Counted from the stretch's first letter, positions 1-10,503 are shown. The stretch is DNA of 64,000 nucleotides from Rhodobiaceae bacterium (GCA_002704755.1 PAHC01000018.1:37869-101868); one strand, 5' to 3'. The notes: a model not told the origin generated them from the letters alone. A program made the numbers and translations.

Positions 1-230
1 TGATTGTGGGGCATGATTGTCATATTTGGCGTCCAAATAACATTTAGTATTGAAAATTTATCAGATTGGTAAAGTTTTTGAATTCCACCTTTTGTTGGCT
101 CACCGAGTTTCTTGAATATACCAATTGGATCTTCTACCGCTTTTGAAAGTGTATCAATAACAGCCTTGTGATTGTTTATTTTATCGATACGGGCATCACA
201 TTCTTCAATAAAATTTTCTAGATCAAACAT
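1..230 (-). CDS. Partial (N-terminal ~76 aa, runs off window start) cupin-type hypothetical protein, cysteine-dioxygenase-like / COG5553-like
   Basis: Own minus-strand translation from the ATG at 230-228 is open to the window edge: MFDLENFIEECDARIDKINNHKAVIDTLSKAVEDPIGIFKKLGEPTKGGIQKLYQSDKFSILNVIWTPNMTIMPHNH. The ILNVIWTPNMTIMPHNH segment resembles the first His motif of CDO-like cupins. It is absent from the ORF track because it is truncated. Confidence 0.35.
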   Translation of the reverse strand, partial: MFDLENFIEECDARIDKINNHKAVIDTLSKAVEDPIGIFKKLGEPTKGGIQKLYQSDKFSILNVIWTPNMTIMPHN

Positions 231-326
231 ATGTATAACTTGTATTCTTTTTCATAAGTATTTATTATAACAGAAAATCAAATATTGTTAACCTTGATTA
301 TACTCATTTAATCCAATTTTAATTTT

Positions 327-1493
327 ATGACAAAAAAGCCAAGAATATTAAATAAAGTTTTTGCACTAGATGATCTAGAGTATTATGCAATGAGACATTT
401 ACCAAGGCCAGTTTTTGGTTATATTTCAGGTGGTTCTGAAAGAAATCAAACTCTTGATGTTAATTCATATGATCTACAAAAAATAAAATTTATACCAAAT
501 ATCTTAAGGGATGTTTCGGAACGATCAATAACTACATCACTGTTCGGTAATAAATGGAATGCGCCATTTGGTATCTCACCAATGGGGGTCAGCGCGCTTG
601 CCGCATACAGGGGTGATATAGTTCTAGCAGAAGCTGCTAGAAATATGAATATACCAATGATCATAAGTGGATCATCCCTAATACCAATGGAAGAAATTAT
701 AAAATTAGCACCTGAGACATGGTTCCAAGCTTATTTACCAGGTGATCATGATAAAGTTGAAAAGTTAGTTCTTCGTGTTAAAAATGCAGGCTTTAAAACA
801 CTCATTCTAACAGTGGATGTGTCTGTCTTAGCAGGTAGAGAAAATAATCTTAGAAATGGTTTCTCAACTCCTTTAAGACCCTCATTTAGATTAATGTATG
901 ATGGAATGATCAGACCCAAGTGGACTTTAAATACATTTTTAAGAACGCTTTTAATCCATGGTATGCCTCACTTTGAGAATTTTCTTGCTGATAGAGGTGA
1001 GCCAGTTTTTTCAGCTTCCATAAATCGTGATTTTGGTAAAAGGTCTAACTTGAACTGGGAGCATCTAAAGCAAATAAGAGATTTATGGGATGGTAATCTT
1101 ATAGTAAAGGGAATATTAAATAAAGATGATGCGATTAAATCGCAGAGCATGGGTGCAGATGCTATTATAATATCAAATCATGGCGGCAGACAACTTGACT
1201 CAGCAATATCATCAATCAAAGCTCTCGAGAACATAAGGCCAGTAATCAAAGGTGACTGTAAAATATTTGTTGATAGTGGTTTTAGGAGAGGTACGGATGT
1301 CATTAAAGCCTTGGCTATTGGAGCAGATTTTGTCTTTATCGGACGACCATTTTTATATGCAGCTTCTATAGCAGGTCAAGAGGGAGTTGAACACTCTATA
1401 CAATTATTAATGGAAGAAATTGATAGGGATATTGCCCTATTGGGAGTTAATTCTATTGATGAATTGAATACAAACTTATTGTACAAAGACTAA
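327..1493 (+). CDS. FMN-dependent alpha-hydroxy acid dehydrogenase (L-lactate dehydrogenase / glycolate oxidase family)
   Basis: 388 aa. Family motifs SNHGGRQLD and DSGFRRGTDVIKALAIGADFVFIGRPFLY; length typical of LldD/GOX enzymes. Confidence 0.85.
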   Translation: MTKKPRILNKVFALDDLEYYAMRHLPRPVFGYISGGSERNQTLDVNSYDLQKIKFIPNILRDVSERSITTSLFGNKWNAPFGISPMGVSALAAYRGDIVLAEAARNMNIPMIISGSSLIPMEEIIKLAPETWFQAYLPGDHDKVEKLVLRVKNAGFKTLILTVDVSVLAGRENNLRNGFSTPLRPSFRLMYDGMIRPKWTLNTFLRTLLIHGMPHFENFLADRGEPVFSASINRDFGKRSNLNWEHLKQIRDLWDGNLIVKGILNKDDAIKSQSMGADAIIISNHGGRQLDSAISSIKALENIRPVIKGDCKIFVDSGFRRGTDVIKALAIGADFVFIGRPFLYAASIAGQEGVEHSIQLLMEEIDRDIALLGVNSIDELNTNLLYKD

Positions 1494-2458
1494 TTAATAT
1501 CAAGTAATCCCGTACTTTTTAGATCTTCTTTTAATTCCTGTTTCTTTTCATCACTTATTTCAATAACTGGTGGCCTTGTCCTTCCACCTTTCATACCAAT
1601 GAGTTCTTGCCAATATTTCATTTCACTAATAGGCATTCTTCCACTATTCCAATATCCCATAATCCATTTTGCATGGAGTTCCCTGAGTGGCTGAATTGAT
1701 TTAGCTATCTCAGTGGCTCTATTTATCTCACCATTTAATGCAGCATCTGTATAATCTTTTAGAGGCAACCAACCTTTTGATTGGTATAGATGTGGATTGT
1801 AATTTACAAGCCACTGCAGTCCGAGTTGAGTCATACTGGTTAGCCATGGCGCTTCATCTGCCACAGATATCACTATATCTTTTCCTACAGAGTCTATTAT
1901 TGAGTGAGTAGAAGCTGGCGACCCATCAGCTTGCTTATATCCGCATATATTTGGAAGTTTTGATAGCCGTTTAGCGAGATTGGCATTTATTGGATGACAA
2001 TTTTGAGGAACATTGAATAGAATTATACCAATATCAACTCTTGAGCAGATGTATTCATAAAATTGATAGACAGTTTCGTCGTCTCTGGCTGCAACATATG
2101 GCGTGAGTACAATTACAAAATCATAACCAATTTCTTGAGCATGTTTTGCTAGTGTAACTACTTGCTTTACTGACTGATGGTGACAACCGGCAATCATAGG
2201 TATCCTATTTCGTGCTTGGTCAAGCATTACTTCATGTGCATGCATTCTTTCATTATCAGGCATTGACCAGAATTCAGCAATATTACCTGAGCAATAATGC
2301 CCATCAACTTTTATATTCTCGATTATATGATCCATATTTGATCGATTAGCAAGATCATCAAAATTATCATCTTCATCCCAGCAATATGGCATGGCAGTCC
2401 ATATTCCCTTCAATAACTCTCTAGCTGCTTCTTTAGATTCTTTCTTCGAATATTTCAT
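1490..2458 (-). CDS. DapA/NAL-family class I (Schiff-base) aldolase-like protein
   Basis: 322 aa. The pattern IPMIAGCHH...AKHAQEIGYDFVIVLTPY...ILFNVPQ and a GYKQADGS lysine motif match the dihydrodipicolinate synthase/N-acetylneuraminate lyase fold. Confidence 0.7.
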   Translation of the reverse strand: MKYSKKESKEAARELLKGIWTAMPYCWDEDDNFDDLANRSNMDHIIENIKVDGHYCSGNIAEFWSMPDNERMHAHEVMLDQARNRIPMIAGCHHQSVKQVVTLAKHAQEIGYDFVIVLTPYVAARDDETVYQFYEYICSRVDIGIILFNVPQNCHPINANLAKRLSKLPNICGYKQADGSPASTHSIIDSVGKDIVISVADEAPWLTSMTQLGLQWLVNYNPHLYQSKGWLPLKDYTDAALNGEINRATEIAKSIQPLRELHAKWIMGYWNSGRMPISEMKYWQELIGMKGGRTRPPVIEISDEKKQELKEDLKSTGLLDIN

Positions 2459-2469
2459 AATAATTTTAA

Positions 2470-3414
2470 CTATTTTGGAGCTTTTTTACCAAAGAGCACA
2501 TCATCTATTCCTTCACGTTCTTCAAGCCCAGCCATACCTCTGAGAATTTCATAAAATGATACAGTATCCTTTTCAGCATATCCTTTTTCATATGCGGCTT
2601 GATAGATCTGCGATAGAACAGATGTCATTAATGTAGGTGACCCAAGTATCTGTCCTTGTTCAATCATCAGTCTGTTGTCTTTGAGGGAAGTCTTTATTTG
2701 CCCTTGTTTTGAGTAGTCAGCATTTATCATTTTTGGACCTTTATCTATCATTGTCTTTGATGATGCTGCACTGTCCTTTAACACTTCCAATAAATTTTCT
2801 TGTTCAAGTCCCGCTTTGTGTCCAAGAACCAATCCTTCTGCAAGAGCAAGTCTATTTCCAGCAAGTATAAGATTAATAACTAATTTGGTTCTTGCACCTG
2901 ATCCCACAGGCCCCATGTAGTAGGCGGCTCTACTAAAGCCTTCAAAATATCCCTTACATACATCGAAGTCTTCTTTTTTACCACCCGCGATTACTATTAA
3001 ATCACCGGCTCTTGCCATTGTACTCGTTCCACTAACTGCTGAATCTAAAAATTTTATTCCTTTTTCTGCAAGATCTTTTGAAAGGGATATAGAATCTTCT
3101 GGTCTAGAAGTGGTAGTGTCACAAATATAGAGATTACTTGATGTTACTCCTTCAGCAATCCCATTAGACCCTACAGCGGCATCTCTTGCAATTGCGCTGT
3201 TTGGCAGTGACATTATGACACAATCAACGTCTTTTGCTGCATCAGCTGGAGTATCAACAGGTGTACCTCCTTGTTCTCTTAATTCATCCATTCTGTTGGG
3301 GTCAACATCAAATCCTTGAATAATAAACTGTGATTTTCTCATATTTAGAATGAAAGCTTGGCCCATCAGACCCATTCCTACAATACCAACTTTTTTAACC
3401 ATTTCTCTCTCCAT
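2470..3414 (-). CDS. NAD(P)-dependent oxidoreductase, 3-hydroxyisobutyrate / tartronate-semialdehyde reductase (HIBADH) family
   Basis: 314 aa. N-terminal Rossmann motif VGIVGMGLMGQAF. The central DSAVSGT and C-terminal helical domain are typical of the 6PGDH-NAD-binding/HIBADH family. The true start may be the internal MVKKVG. Confidence 0.8.
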   Translation of the reverse strand: MEREMVKKVGIVGMGLMGQAFILNMRKSQFIIQGFDVDPNRMDELREQGGTPVDTPADAAKDVDCVIMSLPNSAIARDAAVGSNGIAEGVTSSNLYICDTTTSRPEDSISLSKDLAEKGIKFLDSAVSGTSTMARAGDLIVIAGGKKEDFDVCKGYFEGFSRAAYYMGPVGSGARTKLVINLILAGNRLALAEGLVLGHKAGLEQENLLEVLKDSAASSKTMIDKGPKMINADYSKQGQIKTSLKDNRLMIEQGQILGSPTLMTSVLSQIYQAAYEKGYAEKDTVSFYEILRGMAGLEEREGIDDVLFGKKAPK

Positions 3415-3416
3415 TT

Positions 3417-4394
3417 CTATAGTGTTATTACAATTTTACCAATTTGACCATTATTCATCATATATTCACGACCTTGATCTATCTCATCAAAGTGGAATAC
3501 CTTATCGATTATTGGCTTATTATTATCAGTATCAAGGTGAGGCAATATATCTCTTTTAAAACCTTCAACTGTTTTAATAATATCATCCTTTGTTACAAAA
3601 GCATTTGATATACCATGTATACTGTATCTCTGTGCGTGAACTTTTCGAATGTTTATTGGAACATTATCCATTCCATCCATGTAGCCCACATTAACAATAA
3701 TTCCCTTAAATGATAGAGCATTCATAGCATCATTAAAAACGCTTCCCCCCAAACAATTAACAACAAGATTTATTCCACCATTTGAAAAATCTAGTAATTT
3801 TTTTGTTAGATTTTGTTCAGGTGTTCTTATCCCAAAATCCATACCATAGCTAGATAAAACTTCAAGCTTTCTTTCCGAAGTTGAGGTTCCGATAACTTTG
3901 GCACCCAAAATTTTAGAAATGACAAGTCCAGAAGCACCAATAGCAGATGAAATAGATGTAATAAGCGTAATTTGATCTTTTGATAATTTGCCATATGTTA
4001 CGACCGCATCATATGCTGCAAGAAAACTAACGGGAATTGCTGCCGCCTGTTCCCATGAATACGAATCCGGTATCTTGATTGTTTGATATTCTTTTATCAA
4101 TGCATATTCTGCAAATGATCCAGAGTCGGTACCCAAAACTCTGCCCATGATTTTGTCACCAATTTTATAATTTTTAATATCTGAGCCTAGACCTACTATT
4201 TCACCAGCAGCTTCAGTTCCTGACGGTTTATTGGGGTTTCCATGCATTACCCCACCAACAATAAAGCCACCTCTATTTAAAGCTGTTGATTTAACTTTGA
4301 ACAAAATTTCATCTTTTTGCGGTTTTGGTATCTCGACATCTCTTGGTAAAAGCTTACTTTGGTTATCAACCACCTCTGTAAAATATGCTTTCAT
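3417..4394 (-). CDS. Medium-chain dehydrogenase/reductase, quinone oxidoreductase-like
   Basis: 325 aa. GroES-like N-domain (GTEAAGEIVGLGSDI) plus Rossmann domain (AIGASGLVISKILGAKVIGTS). No structural-zinc Cys cluster. Confidence 0.75.
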   Translation of the reverse strand: MKAYFTEVVDNQSKLLPRDVEIPKPQKDEILFKVKSTALNRGGFIVGGVMHGNPNKPSGTEAAGEIVGLGSDIKNYKIGDKIMGRVLGTDSGSFAEYALIKEYQTIKIPDSYSWEQAAAIPVSFLAAYDAVVTYGKLSKDQITLITSISSAIGASGLVISKILGAKVIGTSTSERKLEVLSSYGMDFGIRTPEQNLTKKLLDFSNGGINLVVNCLGGSVFNDAMNALSFKGIIVNVGYMDGMDNVPINIRKVHAQRYSIHGISNAFVTKDDIIKTVEGFKRDILPHLDTDNNKPIIDKVFHFDEIDQGREYMMNNGQIGKIVITL

Positions 4395-4461
4395 TTGATT
4401 ATCCCTACTAAATATTTCTTTTTTATTATATAATTAAAACGTTGATTTAGATAGGTGGAAT

Positions 4462-5304
4462 ATGACTTTAAAAAATATAAATGGTGTAGTTATAGATTAT
4501 GAAATTATTGGTGAGGGCAAGCCAATTCTAGCTCTTATGCCAGGAGCAAGGAGGGGTTCAATTGAGATGAAATCACTTGCTGAAAAGATAGCAAAAAACA
4601 ATATAAGGGTATTACTTCATGATAGAAGAAATACTGGTAAATCAGGGATGCTATTGGATGATGCTGAAACAGAAGAAGTAACTTGGGCTAATGAGTTAAG
4701 AGAATTACTTAAAACATTGAACGAACAGTATATTTTTATATCAGGTTCATCTTCTGGGGCAAGGACGTCACTTATGTATGCTCTGCATTTTCCTGAAGAT
4801 TTGATTGGTATGATTATAATGAGGGTAACTGGTGGAGAGTTTGCTGCAAATAGACTACCTAAAAATTATTACGAAGTCTTTATTGAGACAGCAAGAAGCG
4901 GTGGTATGGAAGCTGTATGTAAAACAAACAGATTTGTAGAATACATTAAAACCAACCCAGCCATTGAGCAACAATTATTAGATATAGATGTGAATGAATT
5001 TATAAGAATCCAAACAAATTTATTAAATAAATTTTTAGATGGAGCAAATTATCCAGTTATGGGTATTACAAAGAGTGAATTGGACTCAATTAAAGTTCCA
5101 TCTCTAGTAATCCCAGGAAACGACAACACTCACAACTCTGTTAGTGGCATTGAGGCATTTAATATGTTGGGAAATAGTGAGTTACATAAACTACCAATTG
5201 ATGATGTGGATGTCGATTTGATTTCATGGGAGGATTGGGAGCCCTATGAAGATGAGATAGCACTCGTAATGTCTAACTTTATAAATAGGGTAATGGATAA
5301 ATAA
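4462..5304 (+). CDS. Alpha/beta-fold hydrolase
   Basis: 280 aa. Nucleophile elbow GSSSG (ISGSSSGARTSL) and an HDRRNTGKS oxyanion region. Confidence 0.7.
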   Translation: MTLKNINGVVIDYEIIGEGKPILALMPGARRGSIEMKSLAEKIAKNNIRVLLHDRRNTGKSGMLLDDAETEEVTWANELRELLKTLNEQYIFISGSSSGARTSLMYALHFPEDLIGMIIMRVTGGEFAANRLPKNYYEVFIETARSGGMEAVCKTNRFVEYIKTNPAIEQQLLDIDVNEFIRIQTNLLNKFLDGANYPVMGITKSELDSIKVPSLVIPGNDNTHNSVSGIEAFNMLGNSELHKLPIDDVDVDLISWEDWEPYEDEIALVMSNFINRVMDK

Positions 5305-5319
5305 TTTTTATTACTAATC

Positions 5320-6558
5320 TTAGTCAACAATCCATAATCTTCGTTCTTGATCTGTTAATAGTTCATAACCCGATTTCTTAACAATTATAGTCTGCTCAAT
5401 TTGTGTTCCACCCAGTCCGAATATTTGGCATGGATTTTCGATACATAAAACAGAATTCTCCGGGATAGGGATATCTGTTGTATCAGGTAAAAAATTGCTC
5501 TTGACCTTACTTTTATTACCAAGCACATAGGGCAATTCTCTCATTTCTAAGCCAATGGCATGTCCTGCAAAAGTTCCCGAATGATCAGGCAGACCTCCAT
5601 CTTTTGTGCCATTTAACATTGCATTTTGTATTTCTGATGGTAACGTTCCCTCCTTGATAACTGACAATGCTGCTTTATATCCACTTTCAGTAGCTTCCCA
5701 TAATTTTAATTGTTCTTTACTCGGTTCACCCATAACGCCACCCCATCCAGTATCAGCTTGATAATTGTTAAGAGAGAGACCGGCGTCAAATTTCCACATA
5801 TCTCCAGCCTGGATTTTTTTATCGGCAGGAGGAAAGATTCCTACAGACCTTCTCCCTGAGCCAAAATGATACCAAAGCCATTTACCAAGACCCATTCCAA
5901 CTTTTGATGCATAAACACTCGCAATTTCGTATTCCCTCATTCCAATTTTTATTTCATTGCAGGCAGCGATTGATGCAGACTCATTCAGGTCAGCGGCAAC
6001 CTTCATGGCCTTTATCTCATCATCAGTCTTAACTTGTCTTATAAGTCTAAAAAGATCAGCTCCGTATAAGATTTCACAATTTGGAAGCAATTCTGTTAAA
6101 AATTTGATTTTTTTGTCATTGATTTTGTCTTCATCAACTGCAATTCTAATATTTCTGATTTTATGACTCGTAATTGATTGAGCGAGTGCATCAATAGAAT
6201 TTCTAGTTCTCTTAGAATCATTATTCTGGAGTTGCAGATAATTCTCCTCTTCAAGTGTTTGACTATTAACTTCATCGGGTTGCACAAGAGCACTCTTACC
6301 GCCATAGGTGTAATAATCTTTAATTGTTGATTTTGAACCAGATACATAAGTCATTTCCTGACTTGGAACAATAAGTGAGGAATCAATATTTGGATCACGA
6401 TAATACGTTGCAAACATATCAACAGAATATGAATAAACTTTTGGTGCCCAACTGACAGTATCACTGAGGTATGTCACATTCTCAGGTGTAGACGCAATAA
6501 GTAGATCAATATTAAATTGATCCATTAATTTCTCAGCTCTGTTTTTATTAAAAAACAT
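5320..6558 (-). CDS. M24-family (creatinase / Xaa-Pro peptidase fold) hydrolase
   Basis: 412 aa. Creatinase_N-like N-terminus (RAEKLMDQFNIDLLIASTPENVTYLSD). C-terminal pita-bread domain with FDAG...QADTGW, GHAIGLEMRE, CIENP and IEQTIIV. The substrate cannot be assigned. Confidence 0.65.
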   Translation of the reverse strand: MFFNKNRAEKLMDQFNIDLLIASTPENVTYLSDTVSWAPKVYSYSVDMFATYYRDPNIDSSLIVPSQEMTYVSGSKSTIKDYYTYGGKSALVQPDEVNSQTLEEENYLQLQNNDSKRTRNSIDALAQSITSHKIRNIRIAVDEDKINDKKIKFLTELLPNCEILYGADLFRLIRQVKTDDEIKAMKVAADLNESASIAACNEIKIGMREYEIASVYASKVGMGLGKWLWYHFGSGRRSVGIFPPADKKIQAGDMWKFDAGLSLNNYQADTGWGGVMGEPSKEQLKLWEATESGYKAALSVIKEGTLPSEIQNAMLNGTKDGGLPDHSGTFAGHAIGLEMRELPYVLGNKSKVKSNFLPDTTDIPIPENSVLCIENPCQIFGLGGTQIEQTIIVKKSGYELLTDQERRLWIVD

Positions 6559-6589
6559 ATTTTAAATACTCAAAATTTCAAGAAGAAGC

Positions 6590-8257
6590 CTATTTTGACC
6601 ATGCTGTTGGAGCAAGCGCACTAACGTCACCTTCAATCTCAACTATGGCTGGTTTCTTTGATTTTTTTGCCTCTCTAACTGCATCTTTGATATCACTTGG
6701 GTCAGTTACAGATATCCCAAAAGCTCCCATGTTATTTGCAAGTTCTGCAAAGCTAACCTTATTAAAATACCACATTTCGGTCCATCTATTTGATGGTTTA
6801 CCATCATACGCGTTCATAAATATGTCGTGTTCTTGATTAAGAGCATTATTGTTATTTACGATTGTTATAGTTGGAATATCACATCTTACTGCGGTTTCTA
6901 ATTCTGTGAAATGATACCAAAGCCCACCATCTCCAGTAAGGCAATACACATCTTTGTCTGGAAAAGCACACTTAGCACCCATAGCAGCTGGGAATCCCCA
7001 TCCCAATGAGCCTGCACACCTTATAAAGTTCCATTTTTTGTTTAGCCATAAGTTTTGTACAGTCCACATAGCAGTGTGTCCTGTATCTGATACTACAACA
7101 GATCCTTCAGGTATAATTTCTGATAACTCTTTCATCATTCTTTCAGGTCTTATTGGAATGTTATTGGACTCCCTTAGTGGTTTAAGTGAATTTTTCCAAT
7201 TCTCGACCAAACTAATTGAGTGTGATCTCCAATCTTCAATCTCTAGCCTTTTAAGATCCTCATTTAGAAGCATTTGAAGTGTGCTTTTAGCGTCACCAAG
7301 CAAACTAATGTCATTCGGATAGTTTCTACCAAGGTCAGATGGATCTATTCCAATTTGAATAACTCTAGTATCTTTAGATGGGATTTTCCAAAAATGTGTG
7401 ACTTGTCCTCCTGTGCTAGACCCGATAAAGATGAATAAATCTGCATCAGAGAGAATTTTATTGGTACATTCACGGGAATATGATCCAGGTACACCAATGT
7501 AAAGTTCATAATCCTCTGGGATCAGATTATAAGACGCTACAGAAGTAGCTATCGGTATCCCTGTCTTTTTTGAAAATTGAAGAGCCTCATCACCTGCGTC
7601 AGAAATTCTTGCTCCACCTCCAAGAACAATAACAGGTTTTTTTGCTGTATTTATTTTGGCTATAGCTTCTTTTATTTCTTCAAGTGGGGGAGTAAATCTG
7701 TGTGAAGGTGCCTTACCATATCTTCCTTCGACAAGAACTTCTAAATCTGCGTAATCATCTTCAATTTGACCATTATTACCGGCTAGTTGTAAGTTTACTG
7801 GCCCAGGATTTCCTGTTGTAGCTTCTCTAAATGCTTGACGCATTAAATCGGGTAATCTTTCAACTTGGTCAACTTGGAAATTTGCTTTTGTTAGAGCTTG
7901 AAAAACTGGGAAATCATCATTTTCTTGATAAGCGCCTTTGTGCTTTTCCATAGACTTTCTGCCTCCCGATAATGCAATCACAGGGCTGTTACCCATTAGT
8001 GCATCTCTTAATCCAGCAGCTAAATTGGCAGCACCTACTGCTTGAGCTGCACATATCCCCGGCTTTCCAGAGGCTCTTGCATATCCATCAGCCATATAGG
8101 CGGCTGATTTTTCTGCATGCGCAAGAACCCTCTTGATTTTCATATTATCCATTTCTGCAAGTGGTCTGCTGAGGATTGTAGGTACATAAAAAACTGCATC
8201 AACCCCAGATTTTTCAAGAAACTCCGCTATAAATCGTCCACCTGTCATTTTTGGCAT
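6590..8257 (-). CDS. Thiamine-diphosphate-dependent enzyme (acetolactate synthase / glyoxylate carboligase / benzoylformate decarboxylase superfamily)
   Basis: 555 aa. N-terminal Pyr domain (AHAEKSAAYMADGYARASGKPG) and TPP-binding motif GDGGLWYHFTELETAVR...TIVNNNN. Confidence 0.8.
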   Translation of the reverse strand: MPKMTGGRFIAEFLEKSGVDAVFYVPTILSRPLAEMDNMKIKRVLAHAEKSAAYMADGYARASGKPGICAAQAVGAANLAAGLRDALMGNSPVIALSGGRKSMEKHKGAYQENDDFPVFQALTKANFQVDQVERLPDLMRQAFREATTGNPGPVNLQLAGNNGQIEDDYADLEVLVEGRYGKAPSHRFTPPLEEIKEAIAKINTAKKPVIVLGGGARISDAGDEALQFSKKTGIPIATSVASYNLIPEDYELYIGVPGSYSRECTNKILSDADLFIFIGSSTGGQVTHFWKIPSKDTRVIQIGIDPSDLGRNYPNDISLLGDAKSTLQMLLNEDLKRLEIEDWRSHSISLVENWKNSLKPLRESNNIPIRPERMMKELSEIIPEGSVVVSDTGHTAMWTVQNLWLNKKWNFIRCAGSLGWGFPAAMGAKCAFPDKDVYCLTGDGGLWYHFTELETAVRCDIPTITIVNNNNALNQEHDIFMNAYDGKPSNRWTEMWYFNKVSFAELANNMGAFGISVTDPSDIKDAVREAKKSKKPAIVEIEGDVSALAPTAWSK

Positions 8258-8363
8258 TTCAATTCCCCTGTTTTTAAGTTAATAATGTTTATTAATACTA
8301 TAATATATCAACGTTTTTATGCTAAATAATTTAGCATTAATTAATGTACTATCAACATATTAA

Positions 8364-9578
8364 GTGATGAGCAATATTTCGAAAACATCTGACGCCTTAG
8401 CAGGACTAAAAGTACTTGAATGTGCAACAGTTATAGCTGCACCGCTTTGCGGAAGATTATTAGCAGATTTTGGTGCTGAGGTCCTTCATATTGAAACCCC
8501 TATAAAAGGAGACCATCTGAGAAATTTTGGTTTTGAAGTCGATGGTATCAATCCGTGGTGGAAGACATATGCAAGAAACAAGAAGTTGATTACGCTTAAT
8601 ATATCAAAGGAAAAGGGAAGAAAAATATTATTGGATCTTCTTGATAACACTGATATTTTTATTGAAAATTTTAGGCCAGGACGGCTTGAAGACTGGGGCA
8701 TCAGCATAGAGGAATTACAAGAAAAATTCCCAAGACTCATTATTGTTAGAGTTACTGGTTACGGTCAAACCGGTCCATATGCAAATCAGCCAGGCTTTGG
8801 TACTCTTATGGAGGCTATGAGTGGTTTTGCTGAAATGACAGGTGAGAAGGATGGCATGCCCACATTACCTCAATTTGCATTAGCAGACACATTCGCAGGA
8901 TTTTATTCCGCTCTATCAGCGATGTTCGCAGTTTACAATAGGGACGTCCAGAATACTAAGAAGGGGCAGGTCATTGACGTAAGTATTTGGGAGAGCTTAT
9001 TTTCCGTTTTGGGTCCAAATGCTATGGTATTTGATTTAACTGGAGAAGCTCCAAAGCGTATGGGTAATATTGCTCCAACCAGTGCGCCAAGAAATACTTA
9101 TAAAACAAAAGATAATAAGTGGATTGCTCTTGCCGGGGCAACGCAAACAACAGCTGAAAGATTATTTAAAGTTATTGGTAAGAGTGAGTTAATTAATGAT
9201 CCAAAATTTGCAAATAATACTCAGCGTGTTTTAAACGTTGTAGAGTTGGATAAGCATATATCAGAGTGGATGATGGAGCATACTCTTGAAGAAGTTTCTA
9301 AAATATTACATGAGGCTTCTGTTCCAATGGGACCTATTTATAACATTGAAGATATTATAAATAATGTTCATGCTCAAGCGAGAGAGATGATTACCAATAT
9401 CAAGGACAATGGAAGATCAATCAAGACTGAGAATGTATTTCCTAAGTTATCGAGAACACCCGGTAAGATAAAACACCTCGGAAAAGAGATGGGCTCAGAT
9501 AATGATGAAATATTTAGAGAAAGATTAGGACTCAATAAAGATGAAATTGAGAAATTACAAAAAGATGGGATAATATAA
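8364..9578 (+). CDS. Class III (CaiB/BaiF/Frc-type) CoA-transferase
   Basis: 404 aa. Hallmark N-terminus LAGLKVLECATVIAAPLCGRLLADFGAEVLHIETP. GTG at 8364, ATG at 8367 (the likelier start). Confidence 0.85.
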   Translation: MMSNISKTSDALAGLKVLECATVIAAPLCGRLLADFGAEVLHIETPIKGDHLRNFGFEVDGINPWWKTYARNKKLITLNISKEKGRKILLDLLDNTDIFIENFRPGRLEDWGISIEELQEKFPRLIIVRVTGYGQTGPYANQPGFGTLMEAMSGFAEMTGEKDGMPTLPQFALADTFAGFYSALSAMFAVYNRDVQNTKKGQVIDVSIWESLFSVLGPNAMVFDLTGEAPKRMGNIAPTSAPRNTYKTKDNKWIALAGATQTTAERLFKVIGKSELINDPKFANNTQRVLNVVELDKHISEWMMEHTLEEVSKILHEASVPMGPIYNIEDIINNVHAQAREMITNIKDNGRSIKTENVFPKLSRTPGKIKHLGKEMGSDNDEIFRERLGLNKDEIEKLQKDGII

Positions 9579-9594
9579 ACTAAGAGGAGATAAA

Positions 9595-10452
9595 ATGAAC
9601 AAAAAACCACTCATTACGCTTTATACGCCAGGAAACAAGCCTGAACTAATTGAGAAAGCATCAAGATTTGAACCAGATGGAATCATTATTGATTTTGAAG
9701 ATGCTGTACCTCTCAATATGAAAAGTGAGGTTAGAGAAAATATATCAAAAAATGTCATACCAAATCTTAGTATAACAGCGCTAGTAAGAGTAAATAGCGA
9801 AAAAGAATTCCTAGAAGATGACGTTAGAGCAGTAACCCAGAAGAATATCTACGGCATAGCTCTTCCAATGGCAGAGTCCGTAAGTCAGGTAAAGTTTGTA
9901 GATGAAATAATTTCTGACGAAGAGGCTAAAAAAGGACTTGAAAAGAATTCAATCAAGTTACTTCTTCTAATTGAGACTGCTCTGGGTGTAATAAAATGCT
10001 TTGATATTTGTAGTGCAGCTGAGCGTGTCGAGTCTATTGTATTTGGTAGTGCCCAAGATGGTGACTTACAAAGAGATCTCAGATCAGATTGGTCGATAGA
10101 TGGCTTTGAATTAAATTATTCTAGGTCAAGATCATTAGTTGAAGCAAGGGCAGCGAAGATGCCATATGTTCTTGATGGTGCTTATGGTGGAATAAATGAT
10201 TTGGAAGGTCTAAGAGCTGAGTGTGAACTTAGTAAGAGATTGGGTTATGATGGTAGAACATTAATTCATCCAAGTCATATAAAAGTTGCCAGGGAAGCTT
10301 ATGAACCAGATCCTAAAGAAATTGATTTATATACCAGAATGGTTGCAGCATTTGAAGATGCAGAAAAGAAGGGACAGGCTGCAATAACTTTTGAAAATAA
10401 GTTAGTTGACTATGCTATGTATAAAAAAGCGAAGGATTTTATTGATAGATAA
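9595..10452 (+). CDS. HpcH/HpaI aldolase - citrate lyase beta (CitE)-like acyl-CoA lyase
   Basis: 285 aa. IIIDFEDAV, LIETA and LIHPSHI motifs typical of CitE/malyl-CoA/citramalyl-CoA lyases. SD AGAGGAG lies upstream. 16 nt after the CoA-transferase gene. Confidence 0.75.
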   Translation: MNKKPLITLYTPGNKPELIEKASRFEPDGIIIDFEDAVPLNMKSEVRENISKNVIPNLSITALVRVNSEKEFLEDDVRAVTQKNIYGIALPMAESVSQVKFVDEIISDEEAKKGLEKNSIKLLLLIETALGVIKCFDICSAAERVESIVFGSAQDGDLQRDLRSDWSIDGFELNYSRSRSLVEARAAKMPYVLDGAYGGINDLEGLRAECELSKRLGYDGRTLIHPSHIKVAREAYEPDPKEIDLYTRMVAAFEDAEKKGQAAITFENKLVDYAMYKKAKDFIDR

Positions 10453-10467
10453 AACTTATATTTGAGT

Positions 10468-10503
10468 AAAAAAAAACCCAGATAATTAATCTGGGTTTTT
10501 TTT
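10468..10503. terminator. Bidirectional intrinsic terminator between convergent CitE-like and ABC permease genes
   Basis: A-run 10468-10476, stem CCCAGAT (10477-10483), loop AATTA, stem ATCTGGG (10489-10495), T-run 10496-10503. Confidence 0.75.
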
